DNA of 64,000 bases from Toensbergia leucococca. Its lineage: Eukaryota. Made by a program: the position numbers and the translations under genes. The stretch lies in assembly GCA_022813965.1 (NCBI GenBank), contig JALDZS010000014.1, positions 62,001 through 126,000 of the forward strand. The letters run 5' to 3'. The stretch's first letter is position 1, and the number at the start of each line of letters is the position of its first letter. Below the pieces are notes generated by a model. The model worked only from the letters and a program-made list of their open reading frames with translations. It was not told the origin of the DNA and did no database searches. Positions 36,052 through 47,400 of this stretch are shown in pieces.

Positions 36052-39000
36052 TCATGCGGCTTCAACGTCACGCAGAGGCAGATAGCCTTCACTGACGTTT
36101 CGCCCCCTCCGGAGTATACTTCTATACAGCATCCCTATCGGCCCAGACTCTCCCTTCCTGTATCTCACACTAGGTGCTGCTTTCATCAATCCCAAGCTTT
36201 CCTTTCTGTCCCCTTCCTTCTCTAATCTCTCGACATTCATCCATTGTGGCCGTTTCCAAAACTTCAGGAGAAGGCTACTTCCTACAACGCTGACACTACT
36301 CATTGCCATTGCAGCTCCTGCTGCCATGGGATGCAACATGAAGCCTCCAGGCAAGAAAAGGCCAAATCCCATTGCAAAAGGTAACCCAATGACATTGTAT
36401 AAACAAGCCCATCCAAGATTCATCTTGATGCGGTTGAAGATAGTCCGTGATAGGCTAAGTGACGCGGGGACGCTCAAGAGGTCTTCAAACCGCATGATCA
36501 CGATATCAGCTGCTTCCATAGCCACGTCTGTGCCTGAGCTCAACGCGATGCCGATGTTCGCTGTAGCAAGTGCTGGGGAGTCATTGATGCCGTCCCCGAC
36601 CATAGCAACAATATTTCCCTGTGCTTGTAATTGCTTGATGATGGCCTGTTTTTGATCTGGTGAAACGCCTGCATGGATATTAGACTCGGGTATTCCGACA
36701 AGAGCGGCGACAGTAATAGCAGGTTGTAGCTGATCACCAGTGACAAGGGAGGTGGTGATGTTCATGCGACTGAGAGCAATAATAGTGGCCCTCGAACTCG
36801 CCTTGATGGTGTCAGAAAGAAAAAGAGTACCAGCGTAGATGCCATCGATAGTAGTGTAGATCTGGGTAGTCCCCGATAACGGCACCTTAGGGTTTTTCGA
36901 GGAGGGTTCTGACGTAGATGACGCTGAATCGATGTTTGTAGGTAGAGCGATGCCATGGGTTTGAAGAAATTGTGCGTTGCCCACAAGAACCCTATAACGC
37001 TGTCGTTCAGCTGATGTGGCGGGTTCCACATACGCGGAAATGCCCTGTCCTACAGCGGCTTGAAAATCACCAATGCTACCGTCGATCATAGCCTCGCTGC
37101 CAATGCCTAACTCTTCTTTTGCCTTACTGAGAATAGCTTTGCCAATGGGATGCTCGCTGCCCATTTCCGCTAAGCCAATGACAGTCCACCATAAGCGGCG
37201 ACGCCACTCGATTGTTTCCCAAGGTGGTTCCAACGTGGTTTCTGTAACGCTCATTTTCCCGATCGTCAGAGTCCCAGTTTTGTCAAAGACGACGTGATTG
37301 ATCTTCGTAGCCATCTCCAGCGCAGCTCCACCTTTCACAAGCATACCCTGTTCAGCACCGACGCCAGTCCCAACCATGACGGCGGTTGGAGTACTCAATC
37401 CCAGGGCGCAGGGGCAAGCAAAGACTATCACAGATATGCACAATTTTACGCATACCATAAGTTTCCCACCGCTCTCGGGCCTGCAGAAGACGTCCGGGGG
37501 ATTGGGAAGAACATGGCTAAGTACCAACCAGGTAATGAATGTAAGTAAGCCAAGCGCGATAATGATAGGTACGAAATAGCCGGCCACAATGTCAGCCATA
37601 CGTTGGATAGGTGCTCGACTTGTCTGCGCCTCCTGGACCAGTTTGACGATCTGACTTAATTGAGTGTCTCGGCCAGCTCTTGTTACGCGGAAATCAACCC
37701 TGCCTGCACCGTTGACTGTTCCAGCCATGAGAAGACTACCTGTTCGCTTCATGATAGGCATGGCTTCGCCAGTGACCATGCTTTCATCGACATAGCTCTC
37801 ACCACGAGTGACCGTGCCATCAGCTGGTACTTTATCTCCCGGCCGAAGGATCACGATATCTCCGACCTGAATTAGCTCTGTAGGTATGACCTTTTCTTCA
37901 GCTGCGCTGCCGGTGCTGTCTCCGAGATTGCTAGCTTTTTCGTCAGACCTGAAAGATTCGGCGTCTTCCCAACCTTCTGCAAGCTTTTCGGCAGCGATAG
38001 GATCTAAATATATGGAAGCCATCGAAGGCGCAAGCGACATCAGATGTGAAAGAGCCTTCGACGTTTGTCCCTTGGCTCGGTTTTCGATGTACCGACCCAA
38101 CGTGATAAAGGTAATGAGCATAGTGCTGGTATCAAACACTGTACTAGGGCGAGAATGAATGGAAGATAATACCGAGACCATCATGGATGCGACACTGAAG
38201 AAGAATGCGGCCGAGGTACCCAGTACAACGAGGACATCCATCGTAGGGGTTCCATGCTTCAACGACTTGTATGCTGATACGTAGAAACGCTTGCCAATGC
38301 CAAACTGCACTGGGACTGTAAGGACCAGACAAATGACATCTCCAAGATATAGACCGGGTATCAGGAGAACAAGAGATCCAAAGTCCAGCCAAGGAATGAG
38401 CATGGGTATCACCATACTTATAAGAAAAACGGGTATCGCAAACGAGGCAGAATAGCGAAAAGCTCGCCGCCATTCCTGAATCTCGCGAGTTTTAGCCAGT
38501 GATTCAAGCTGCGCATTATTGTCATCCGAGTCTGCTACCAAAGCGTTGTAGCCTGAATTCTCGATAACTTCGACGAGTGAACGGAGGCCTGTCAAAGATG
38601 GATTATGAGATATGCTGGCCCTGGATGTTGAGAGATTGATGACAGCAGAGGATACTCCAGGAAGGAGGCGTAGGGCATCTTCCAATGCGGTTGCCGAGGC
38701 TGAGTCGGGAAGACCGAAGACCTTGAGTTGTACATTGGAAGAAGTCGAGGAATGCTCCAAAACACCACGTTGCGAAGACAGAACCGTTGCATTGAATCCT
38801 CGGTCTTCGATTATCTCAGCTATCTGATCAGATGTGATTTTCTTAGGATCATGGACGATAATTGCACGCTCTGCCAGCAGGCTGATGTTGAATTGTATGA
38901 CACCCGCTAAATCCTTGAAACCTCCTTCCACGGCGGAAGTACAGGCTCCACATGTCATACCTTCGATGGCCACAGTGGTAGTAGCGAGATCCAGCTGGGG

Positions 39001-39570
39001 TTGTGATGCTTTCCGGTTTTTCTGGCTTTGCTGAGGCCCCGTAGACGTCTCAAGCACCGTAGCTCCAAAACCCCGATCTTCAATGATCTCTGCAATAGCC
39101 TCGGGTGATAATAATGTTGGGTCATGTTCGACGATAGCGCGTTCTGATAAAAGAGATACGCTCATGTGTTTGACACCCGCAACATCCTTGAAACCAGCTT
39201 CGACGGCAGATGTGCATGCACCACAGGTCATACCCTCAACAGCCAGTGTCGTTAGGCACAAATTCCGTTCGGCACACTCTTTCGTATCGAGATTCGGATC
39301 TTCAATGAGGTCATTTCGAACGATTGTATGTTCATCTGTCGATAGTATCTCGGCATCAAAGCCTCGGTCCTCGATGATCTCCTGAACTTGTTTTGTTGAC
39401 AGCTTCTGTGGATCGTGCTGTACGACGGCTCGTTCCATGACCAAGCTGACCGACACACTACCAGCTCCATCAACCTTTTTGAAGCCGCTTTCTACCGCTG
39501 ATGTACAGGCGCCACAAGTCATTCCTCCTACGCGCAGAGTAGTTGTCGCCATATGCTGAGTTGAAGCCAT
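36052..39570 (-). CDS. CCC2: Copper-transporting P1B-type ATPase, intronless
   Basis: Three GMTCGAC heavy-metal-binding domains plus a fourth degenerate one, TGEA, CPC, DKTGT, SEHP, GDGINDSP, YN and MAMSS Cu(I) motifs. Confidence 0.95.
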   Translation of the reverse strand: MASTQHMATTTLRVGGMTCGACTSAVESGFKKVDGAGSVSVSLVMERAVVQHDPQKLSTKQVQEIIEDRGFDAEILSTDEHTIVRNDLIEDPNLDTKECAERNLCLTTLAVEGMTCGACTSAVEAGFKDVAGVKHMSVSLLSERAIVEHDPTLLSPEAIAEIIEDRGFGATVLETSTGPQQSQKNRKASQPQLDLATTTVAIEGMTCGACTSAVEGGFKDLAGVIQFNISLLAERAIIVHDPKKITSDQIAEIIEDRGFNATVLSSQRGVLEHSSTSSNVQLKVFGLPDSASATALEDALRLLPGVSSAVINLSTSRASISHNPSLTGLRSLVEVIENSGYNALVADSDDNNAQLESLAKTREIQEWRRAFRYSASFAIPVFLISMVIPMLIPWLDFGSLVLLIPGLYLGDVICLVLTVPVQFGIGKRFYVSAYKSLKHGTPTMDVLVVLGTSAAFFFSVASMMVSVLSSIHSRPSTVFDTSTMLITFITLGRYIENRAKGQTSKALSHLMSLAPSMASIYLDPIAAEKLAEGWEDAESFRSDEKASNLGDSTGSAAEEKVIPTELIQVGDIVILRPGDKVPADGTVTRGESYVDESMVTGEAMPIMKRTGSLLMAGTVNGAGRVDFRVTRAGRDTQLSQIVKLVQEAQTSRAPIQRMADIVAGYFVPIIIALGLLTFITWLVLSHVLPNPPDVFCRPESGGKLMVCVKLCISVIVFACPCALGLSTPTAVMVGTGVGAEQGMLVKGGAALEMATKINHVVFDKTGTLTIGKMSVTETTLEPPWETIEWRRRLWWTVIGLAEMGSEHPIGKAILSKAKEELGIGSEAMIDGSIGDFQAAVGQGISAYVEPATSAERQRYRVLVGNAQFLQTHGIALPTNIDSASSTSEPSSKNPKVPLSGTTQIYTTIDGIYAGTLFLSDTIKASSRATIIALSRMNITTSLVTGDQLQPAITVAALVGIPESNIHAGVSPDQKQAIIKQLQAQGNIVAMVGDGINDSPALATANIGIALSSGTDVAMEAADIVIMRFEDLLSVPASLSLSRTIFNRIKMNLGWACLYNVIGLPFAMGFGLFLPGGFMLHPMAAGAAMAMSSVSVVGSSLLLKFWKRPQWMNVERLEKEGDRKESLGLMKAAPSVRYRKGESGPIGMLYRSILRRGRNVSEGYLPLRDVEAA

Positions 39571-41157
39571 GATGAGAATAGATCTTAAGAGTCGTTCAAA
39601 GCGGAGTCGTCGATATTTCTTTGTATGGTACTCCGTAATAGGTCAGTAATCTATGGTGGGGAGGCTCGTAATTCCATAGTTTTGGGGAATGCGTTGAAGA
39701 AGTAAGAGACCTGTAAACGCCTGAACAAATGGGTATTGTTCTTTCTCTCGCTTTGTCTCGCTTTGTCAGACGTCGGTCGTCACGTTCTGAGACGACTTTG
39801 TTCTCTCGTATTGGAAGGCTGACGGCTAGGTCATTCTGCTAAATCTCTCGGCCCGCCCGGGCACCGAGCAACCAATCAATTACAGCCTACAAAAATATCG
39901 CATGCAACATTCGGCCGCATCATCCTTACCTACTACTCGTACTCCGTACCTCTTTGTGAAGTAGTCTATTGACTCTTACAAGAAGTGTCGATTTAATTAC
40001 TCATCACCATTTGCTATCTTGATATCGCCTCACCTGCCACCCAAAAGCCTCTTCGAAATTGCGCATTCTATTCTAGCGACTAGATGTCACTTCGGCTTTT
40101 TGATATGACTAGAAAATCCATGGCCATACCTAGGCTTGAAACACACAAGTCCACTTTCTAGAGAAATCTATTCTTCCTTGTGAATAAAGCACTCAGGTAA
40201 CCATTGTCTCGGACAAAGGGTCAGAAAAAAGCCGTTAATTACAAAAGATGTCCTGAAATGGACACAAAGTTCACTCTAATGCTGCTACGAGTATTGCGAT
40301 CGGCTTGGTGAAGATGGTCTAGCGGGCCGATAAGTAATAGCCAGGCCAGACTCGCACCGGAATGCTGGTAATCGCGTGGCAAGTCCCTGTGTGGACTTTA
40401 TCACTTTCATAATACCTCAGGTCCTCAGAGGAGAGGCACCAGGGGAGTTGTCCAGAAGCCTCCGGGGGCTAGAGTCTCGCCTAAGCTGGCTGCGGAGAAA
40501 GTCCCTGAGTAGAGGCTATCGAGCCGGTGTACACATTAGGTGTTTCAACTCGTTCTTCTACCTACCTACATCACTAATGTAGGTACCTGTGTGCACGATT
40601 GGTGCGGGTAGGGTGGTCTTCCCGCGATACCCCACTGCCTCATGGCGATCCTGCAAACCTTTGAGGTAATGAGGATACCTCAAAATTCACTCCTCCCGTC
40701 AGCAGTCTACCTAGACTCGTTCGCAATAATATTTGACTCTTACTTTTGTACTACGCATTGAGTCCCTCAAGCATCATGGGGAATCTGCAAGAATATTCTA
40801 GAGTGTCCTGCGGAAGAATTACCTGCAGCAGTGATGCTATTCCCATTAAGCATGACGAGGGGTTTAGCACAGCTGCAAAGCTACTGCATCATCGACAAAA
40901 CCCATGCCTGGGTAGTCAGTAACTCATCATACTTTGATTGTGTTACAATCCCTTGCTGTCATTTCATCGTCTTCAATTTTCCCTACACCTTGCGATTCGG
41001 CTTCACGTAATGTATCTCTTGCTAAGGAACACCTTCGATTAAATTGTCACATTACAGTTTGGGTTCTCAGCCAAAGCAGTCTTGGTGAATCGCTAGCTTC
41101 AAGAAGTATCTAAAAAAAACCCACAAGATCAGTCATTAGCTGACTCAGGACCCGCAG

Positions 41158-42552
41158 ATGACCCGACAGTGGCTGAACAATCTGGTCGAGCGTGTGGAAA
41201 AGTTACCTGCAGAGGACCTGAAAGATGAGCTACGCGCGTTCCAGTCCCTCTTTGAAGGTGATGTTGATTTGAAGATACTCGTCTCTTCGATGTTTACCGA
41301 AGTACCAAAGAAAGAGCCTTATAATAGGGACCCAATGTTGAATCCTCAAGTCCGCAGTTATCAGCATATGCTGCAATTATTGAACCATGTCATGGATAGT
41401 GCGCCGAAGTGGAATGCTGATGCCGATCGAGTTGGGCTCGTAGGCTTTCCAATCAGCACAATTCTTAATTGGCCTATGAGCACAAGCTCCGGCAATGTCT
41501 TCTTCCTTCGCCCGGATGTCAATGAGCAATGGATGAAGATCCTCAACAGATGGGCATTATATCTGGGGACATCGGATTCTGCTAGCGTTCTCACGGACGA
41601 AGAAGACGGCTGGCTGAGCGAACAAGCACTCAAAGCCTTGACCGCCAAAGGTAATAACGGCACGACAAACTACTCCTTTGACGAGCTTTACGTTTGTGAT
41701 AAAAGTGCTAAACATTTCGGCTTCAAATCCTGGGACGATTTCTTCACACGAGAATTCCAGCCCGATAAGCGTCCTCTGCCAATCAGTGGAGAGGACCTGT
41801 TCACACGATCAGCTCTCCAGGGAAACCTCGCGCGTGACTTACCAATTAGAAAACCTCCAGATGTTTCGGTGCCACCAGCACTCATCTACAACGCGTGCGA
41901 GTCGAGTCCCGTCTTTCTCCGACGGGGCAACGACGTCCACGAGAAGGCCGAATTCTGGCTCAAGGGCCAACCCTATTCCCTCACCGACATGCTTGCCAAT
42001 GATCCCCTTACTCCTAGTTTTGTTCAGGGTACCGTATACCAGGCCTTCCTCAGCGCTCTCAGCTACCATCGCTGGCACAGCCCCGTCAGTGGCACGATCC
42101 GAAGAGCCTTCAACGTCCCAGGCACCTACTATTCGGCCAACTACTTCCAAGGCTTCGCTAACCCGGCAAACGAAGGGGGTCCGGACAAGCTCCCACCGGA
42201 AAACTCTCAAGCCTACACTACCCAAGTCGCCGCACGGGCTGTGATCTTCATGGAAGCGGACAACGAGGAGATTGGGCTGATGTGCTTTGTCGCCGTCGGC
42301 ATGTGCGAGGTTTCGTCAAACGAAATTACCGTGGCAGAGGGGCAGCATGTGGATGCGGGAGAGCAGATTGGCATGTTCCATTATGGTGGGAGCACGCATT
42401 GCCAATTGTTTAGGAAGGGGGTGGACCTGGTCTTTAGGCAGGAGCCTAACAATGGGACCGCGTATGACCCGCGGCCAGAGCACAATACTCCGCTGAGAAG
42501 TGTTATTGCGGTGGTCAGAAGGCCGAGTGAGAAACATGGGTTTGTGAGCTGA
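41158..42552 (+). CDS. Phosphatidylserine decarboxylase-family enzyme of the PsiD-like type; 5' exon(s) unresolved
   Basis: GLVGFPI..IL.WPM.T.SG, FKSWDDFFTREF, NACES, FWLKGQPYSL, YQAFLSALSYHRWHSPVSG, GM.EVSS and pyruvoyl site MFHYGGSTHC. Confidence 0.9.
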   Translation: MTRQWLNNLVERVEKLPAEDLKDELRAFQSLFEGDVDLKILVSSMFTEVPKKEPYNRDPMLNPQVRSYQHMLQLLNHVMDSAPKWNADADRVGLVGFPISTILNWPMSTSSGNVFFLRPDVNEQWMKILNRWALYLGTSDSASVLTDEEDGWLSEQALKALTAKGNNGTTNYSFDELYVCDKSAKHFGFKSWDDFFTREFQPDKRPLPISGEDLFTRSALQGNLARDLPIRKPPDVSVPPALIYNACESSPVFLRRGNDVHEKAEFWLKGQPYSLTDMLANDPLTPSFVQGTVYQAFLSALSYHRWHSPVSGTIRRAFNVPGTYYSANYFQGFANPANEGGPDKLPPENSQAYTTQVAARAVIFMEADNEEIGLMCFVAVGMCEVSSNEITVAEGQHVDAGEQIGMFHYGGSTHCQLFRKGVDLVFRQEPNNGTAYDPRPEHNTPLRSVIAVVRRPSEKHGFVS

Positions 42553-43294
42553 GAAGGGAGATGAAGGAGTAGATTCCTGTATTTGCAATTTAGCATAGCG
42601 GCTGCGGTAAGAAAGCCGTAAAGTGCTTTCGTCGTGCTCCCAGGGAGTTCAAAAGCGATTGTGGGACTTTCTAGTAAGAATTAATAGAGGAACGGTCAAA
42701 CTTGGCTATGTATTGCGCCTCTGAAACTAATTGAGAAACGGGACATTCAGGTTCTAGATATCCTCATTCACTTGCTTGTCTTCGCTTTGATCTGCATTCA
42801 GACTTGAAGGTTGTAGGTAGCCGTCCTGGCGCAAGGGTCTGCTTCGAAGCTTTCCAAAGAGCGTTCGGCGGTGGAGTGGGAAAGGAACATTACTAGCGAC
42901 GAGAACGGAGAGGACGAGGGTATCGCTCAGACCAATGACACGGCAAAGGTGAGTGATTCCATGACGAAGCAACTCGAAGTAATTCGAGCTTATGCTGCTC
43001 CATAATCATTTCATACATCTAGCTCTCATTTTTCATCTCTTTCAGTCCCTTCCTCTCATCGAGCTTTCGCTATGAAACCAGAAGATTGGGTATCGACAAG
43101 CGATTGTTCATGATTCGGAATCCGTACAACATGGGAGGTGTATTGCACAATATGGCGTTTTGCTTGCTGCTGATAGCGTTCATGTATTGCTCTATAGATG
43201 TTGATTTGAGCTTGTGCTTGCTGTCCCACGCAACAAGGTAATGCTAATCGTTATTTGGGAAATAATTGTTGGTACAGTACTCTTGTTCAAGTGA

Positions 43295-43873
43295 CTAGGT
43301 ATCATAAAAATCTATCATATCGGTCTCATCTTCACGGCACTCTAATTCCTCCCATTCGCCTACACAGGACTTGCAAAACGAGCTCTGTAAAACGTGCCCT
43401 AGTATTATTGACAAATTTTCCCCAGTGAAATCATCGAAGATAGGATATTGCTCAATCATATCTACATGCGTATATGCATCTTCCCCGTAATCTACCCAGC
43501 CATCTTTTTGAATCTTGAAGCTTGTACAGCCACCACAAATTTCCCACTCGTCTAGGAGATCCACGGAATCGGCTTGCCCGTTTCGTTCCAAAGCATGGCC
43601 GACTACGCGCTTGGCCCAACGATGTAGCAGGGGTAGGACTTGAATGCGCGTGGTCCATTGCTTGAGCATTGCCTGCCGGATGCCATCGTCATCGGTTAAG
43701 ATCATAGTCCAGAAGCTGCGTCGCGGAAGGTCATCTAGAAGCTTTGGAGCATGGATGGCATAGAGGCGCCTGCAGGTTAGACTGAGAGTAGTAAGGTCGA
43801 CATCGGTGAGATAGGATCCAATTTGAAGTTGGAGTTCTGGAAGAAGACTGTCCAGAGTGGAGTGAGACACCAT
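43295..43873 (-). CDS. Small F-box protein (192 aa)
   Basis: LDSLLPELQLQIGSYLTDVDLTTLSLTCRRL F-box consensus; CGGC and CKSC pairs later. Confidence 0.75.
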   Translation of the reverse strand: MVSHSTLDSLLPELQLQIGSYLTDVDLTTLSLTCRRLYAIHAPKLLDDLPRRSFWTMILTDDDGIRQAMLKQWTTRIQVLPLLHRWAKRVVGHALERNGQADSVDLLDEWEICGGCTSFKIQKDGWVDYGEDAYTHVDMIEQYPIFDDFTGENLSIILGHVLQSSFCKSCVGEWEELECREDETDMIDFYDT

Positions 43874-44476
43874 GAAGATGGACGATGTGAAGATAAGGGA
43901 TCAGCGATGCTTCAATGTATTGAGTCTCTATGAACAAGCAGTGATGTTGAAACTATCAATATGGTAGTTAATTGTAGCTGATATTTTAAGTGTTGATTGT
44001 GATTTCTCGCCGAGCTCGCCAATCCGTCCGAGTGCCGACAATTTTTTCACCCCTCGATGTCTTGGCAGTTTTGCTCAATGTGGCTATTCTAGAATAGTCT
44101 AGCCTGTGGAGTGCAAATGCTTTTCAAGTTTTGATGGAGAAAAAGATTATCACCGAGTGGCAAGTCTCCTCTATTCAGATTGGTACAATAGCCACAAATC
44201 ATCAATTCACACAGGCGGGATTCGTATCCGCTTTTGGCATCTCACTCCCCCCAAAAATCACCACTGATTGCGGCTGAACCACGTGATTCTATTTTTTTTT
44301 CCAAAGCCATTGGAGCCTAAATTGAAAAATAACCATTTTGCTCTTATGTGACATTTGAACAACTGCTTTGGACTTGCTTTCGATCTTTCAAGCTTGGAGC
44401 GCTCATGTTCGTATGCTTAAGTTTAATTTATAGAAGCATCCTGAATTCTTGAATTGAAGCCGAGTCGTATCTAAGA

Positions 44477-47400
44477 ATGATTGAAAATCTCTGGGAAAAT
44501 GCTTACAACACCTTGAAGCCTAATGACCAAAAGGGATTACTGAGATTCCGAGAAGAGAAAGTATTCGACAAAGAGAAGTTACTTGCTACAGTAAAGACCC
44601 ATAGGGACGATTGCTTGAACAAACGTTGGAAAATCAAGAAATTTACGACCTTCAACGGGCCGAACGGGGAACAAATTATAGTTCGCGACTTGGTAGAGAA
44701 GGTCGTAAACTGGGTTGAACGATTTATGCAGGTTGGAGACATCGCCATACAAGTCGACCCCGTCCATGCTGCGCTCCCCTGGGCGGCTGTCCGAGTCTTC
44801 CTTGTGGTATGATCAAATTGGATTGTCCTTCGTGCAGTGAGAGCTAAGGGCCTCAGCAGATGGCTACCAGTGATGTCAAAAGGTTTTCTGCCATGCTTGA
44901 AGTAACGGAGTTAATATCTAGAAACGTTGCGCGCTACGCTGTATTTGAAGCGCTCTATCTCTGTGGTACTGCTTGCCAAGCAACCAACGTTCTCCAAGAA
45001 GCTGTCGTTGACTTGTATGCATCGATTCTGAAGATGATGTCCACGGTCCATGTTTACTATAGCCAAAATACAGGAGGTAATTTATTGGGGTTATTGAACA
45101 TTCTCAACAGCACATTAATAATACTTAATCTAGTGCATATAGCTCAAAGCATCTTTGTAGCTGGTAACGACTACCTTTTACAGGCTACCAACGATCTCAT
45201 AGGAAAGCAGAGAGTTATTGATGAGTGTGCAAGTATGGTCGATGCTGAACGTATGACAGCTTTCCAATTCGACCTCTGCTCATATATTAACGTTAATCAC
45301 AGGGTCAAAACGCTCGCTAGATGGCATTTCTACCCTCCAAGACGGAATGCAATCAATAGAAAAAGACTTGAGATCCATTTTATCCGACTTGGAGGAGCCC
45401 ATTAACCGCATGAGTGTTCAAATCCAGGAATTACATGACGACCTCATAGGTAAATGTCTTCTTCTGACTCAAGAGTCAGCTAGTTCGCTAAAGGTGTCTT
45501 AGAATCTCAGAGAGCGAGTATTGTTCGCTGGATGTCGCCGATTCCGTATAAGAAGCATCACCAGACCATCAAGAAATCCCGCTTGCATGAGAGCGGACTA
45601 TGGCTACGGCAAACGAAAGAGTTCAGGCTATGGAGGACTTCAAGTTACTCCTCAATGCTATGGCTACGCGGCGATCGTAAGCACCTTCCACTTGCAGTAC
45701 TGACTAAATGAGATTTGCCAATCTTGCGATATGAGAATATCGACGATTTTCAGTTAGCTGGTATTGTAAGGCTGATAAGTACTGACTGACTTGACCCAGC
45801 CGGGTCCGGCAAAAGTGTTATGGTGTACGATCCCACAAGTCCTTCTTCACTTCTGTGGTAGCTAATGCACCTTGATTCAGGTCTACGGTCATCGATTGGG
45901 TGACGGACACAAAGACGAACTCATCGCCCGTGGCATATTTCTACTGTTCTCGAGATACAGCAGAGCCGGAACGTTCGAAATCAGAAGAAGTATTGCGGTG
46001 CATCGCTAGACAGCTTTCGACCTCAATTGACGGACACCGGATCAGAGAACCGCTTCTTTGCACGTATCGTAAGGCAAAGAGTGAAGGGCTTGAAGAGAGA
46101 CTAACTCTGGAGGAAGCTGTCGACTTTATTATTGAATTGGCCGAGGAAAACCCAGCAACCATTGTCATTGACGCTCTTGATGAATGTGATCACAAGACGC
46201 GCAGAGATCTTCTCGAGGGATTGCGCAATATCGTTGAAAAATCGGATAACGTGATGAAGATTTTCGTATCAAGTCGAGACGAACCCGACATAAACTGTAT
46301 ATTGAGTGCCCATCCAAATCTTGCCATCGATGCATCCCAAAATACGGCCGACATAGAGAGATACGCCAAGGAGGAAATTGACAACAGTATCCGTGACAAG
46401 CGGCTGCTGTTAGGAAACATTCCACAAGATCTAAAACTAGAAATTCTTTCGACGCTGATTGGCAAAGCGGGAGGCTGTAAGTCTTAATCTTTGCCTTGTT
46501 TCTTCATGGGTTCATATATTTTAGATTTCGCTGGGTCAGCCTGCAGATCGATAGCCTTTGTGATAGTCGAATAATGAGGATTCCGGCCGACGTGAAAAAG
46601 CTGCTGAAGAATCTTCCCCGAAAGCTGAAGGACAGCTACGAGGTAATCTACAAGCAGATGGAGTACGGAGGCTTAGCCAGTACTCCTCTGGCTGTGAAAG
46701 CTCTCAAATGGTTATTTAGCCAACAGCAAAACCTCTCCGCAACAGAATTCATCAAAGCTTTGACAATCGGCTCGAATGAGGACGAGATCTCGTCTGTGGA
46801 TGAGGTATTACGGATTTGCTGCAACTTTATCAAGTATGACACCGAACTTGATGTTTTCCGTTTCTTCCATCTCTCCGTGCGGGAGTACCTTGAAGAACGG
46901 CCAGATTACGCAGAACCACTGGCACACGCCGTAATCGGAGAATCATGTCTACATGTCTGTTTGGCAAGTCAGAGACCATATCGTATCTCCAAACCCGTAG
47001 AAGGGGACAGCAAAACATTACGTGACTATGCGAATGTGTACTGGCCGTATCACTGCGAGCTGTCAAGAAACAATCGAGAGAAAGGAACGTTGAAGATATT
47101 GCTTCGTTCATTTCTTCTTGGTGGTTCAAGAGCTACTGCAGAGTTCGTTGACTGGAACGATGACTTCTACGAGTCACTTTTGGAAATGGACCTGTCGGAG
47201 GAAGGAGGCTCAGGAGATACGTTGTTTGGGAAATTGATCGACTGTTTTTACTGGGGTCCGCATCCAAACCCAATCTTCGTTTGTTGTGCATTCGGCTTTA
47301 CTGAGATCATAACAGAATTACTTGACACAGGAAAGCTAGATCTAAATGTTCGCAACCAAAGTTATTCGCTTGAACCTCTTTATGTTGCTCTACGGCATAA

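Noticed and set aside
40563..40585. 9-bp hairpin TACCTACAT/ATGTAGGTA
   Set aside because: Short and isolated; plausible by chance
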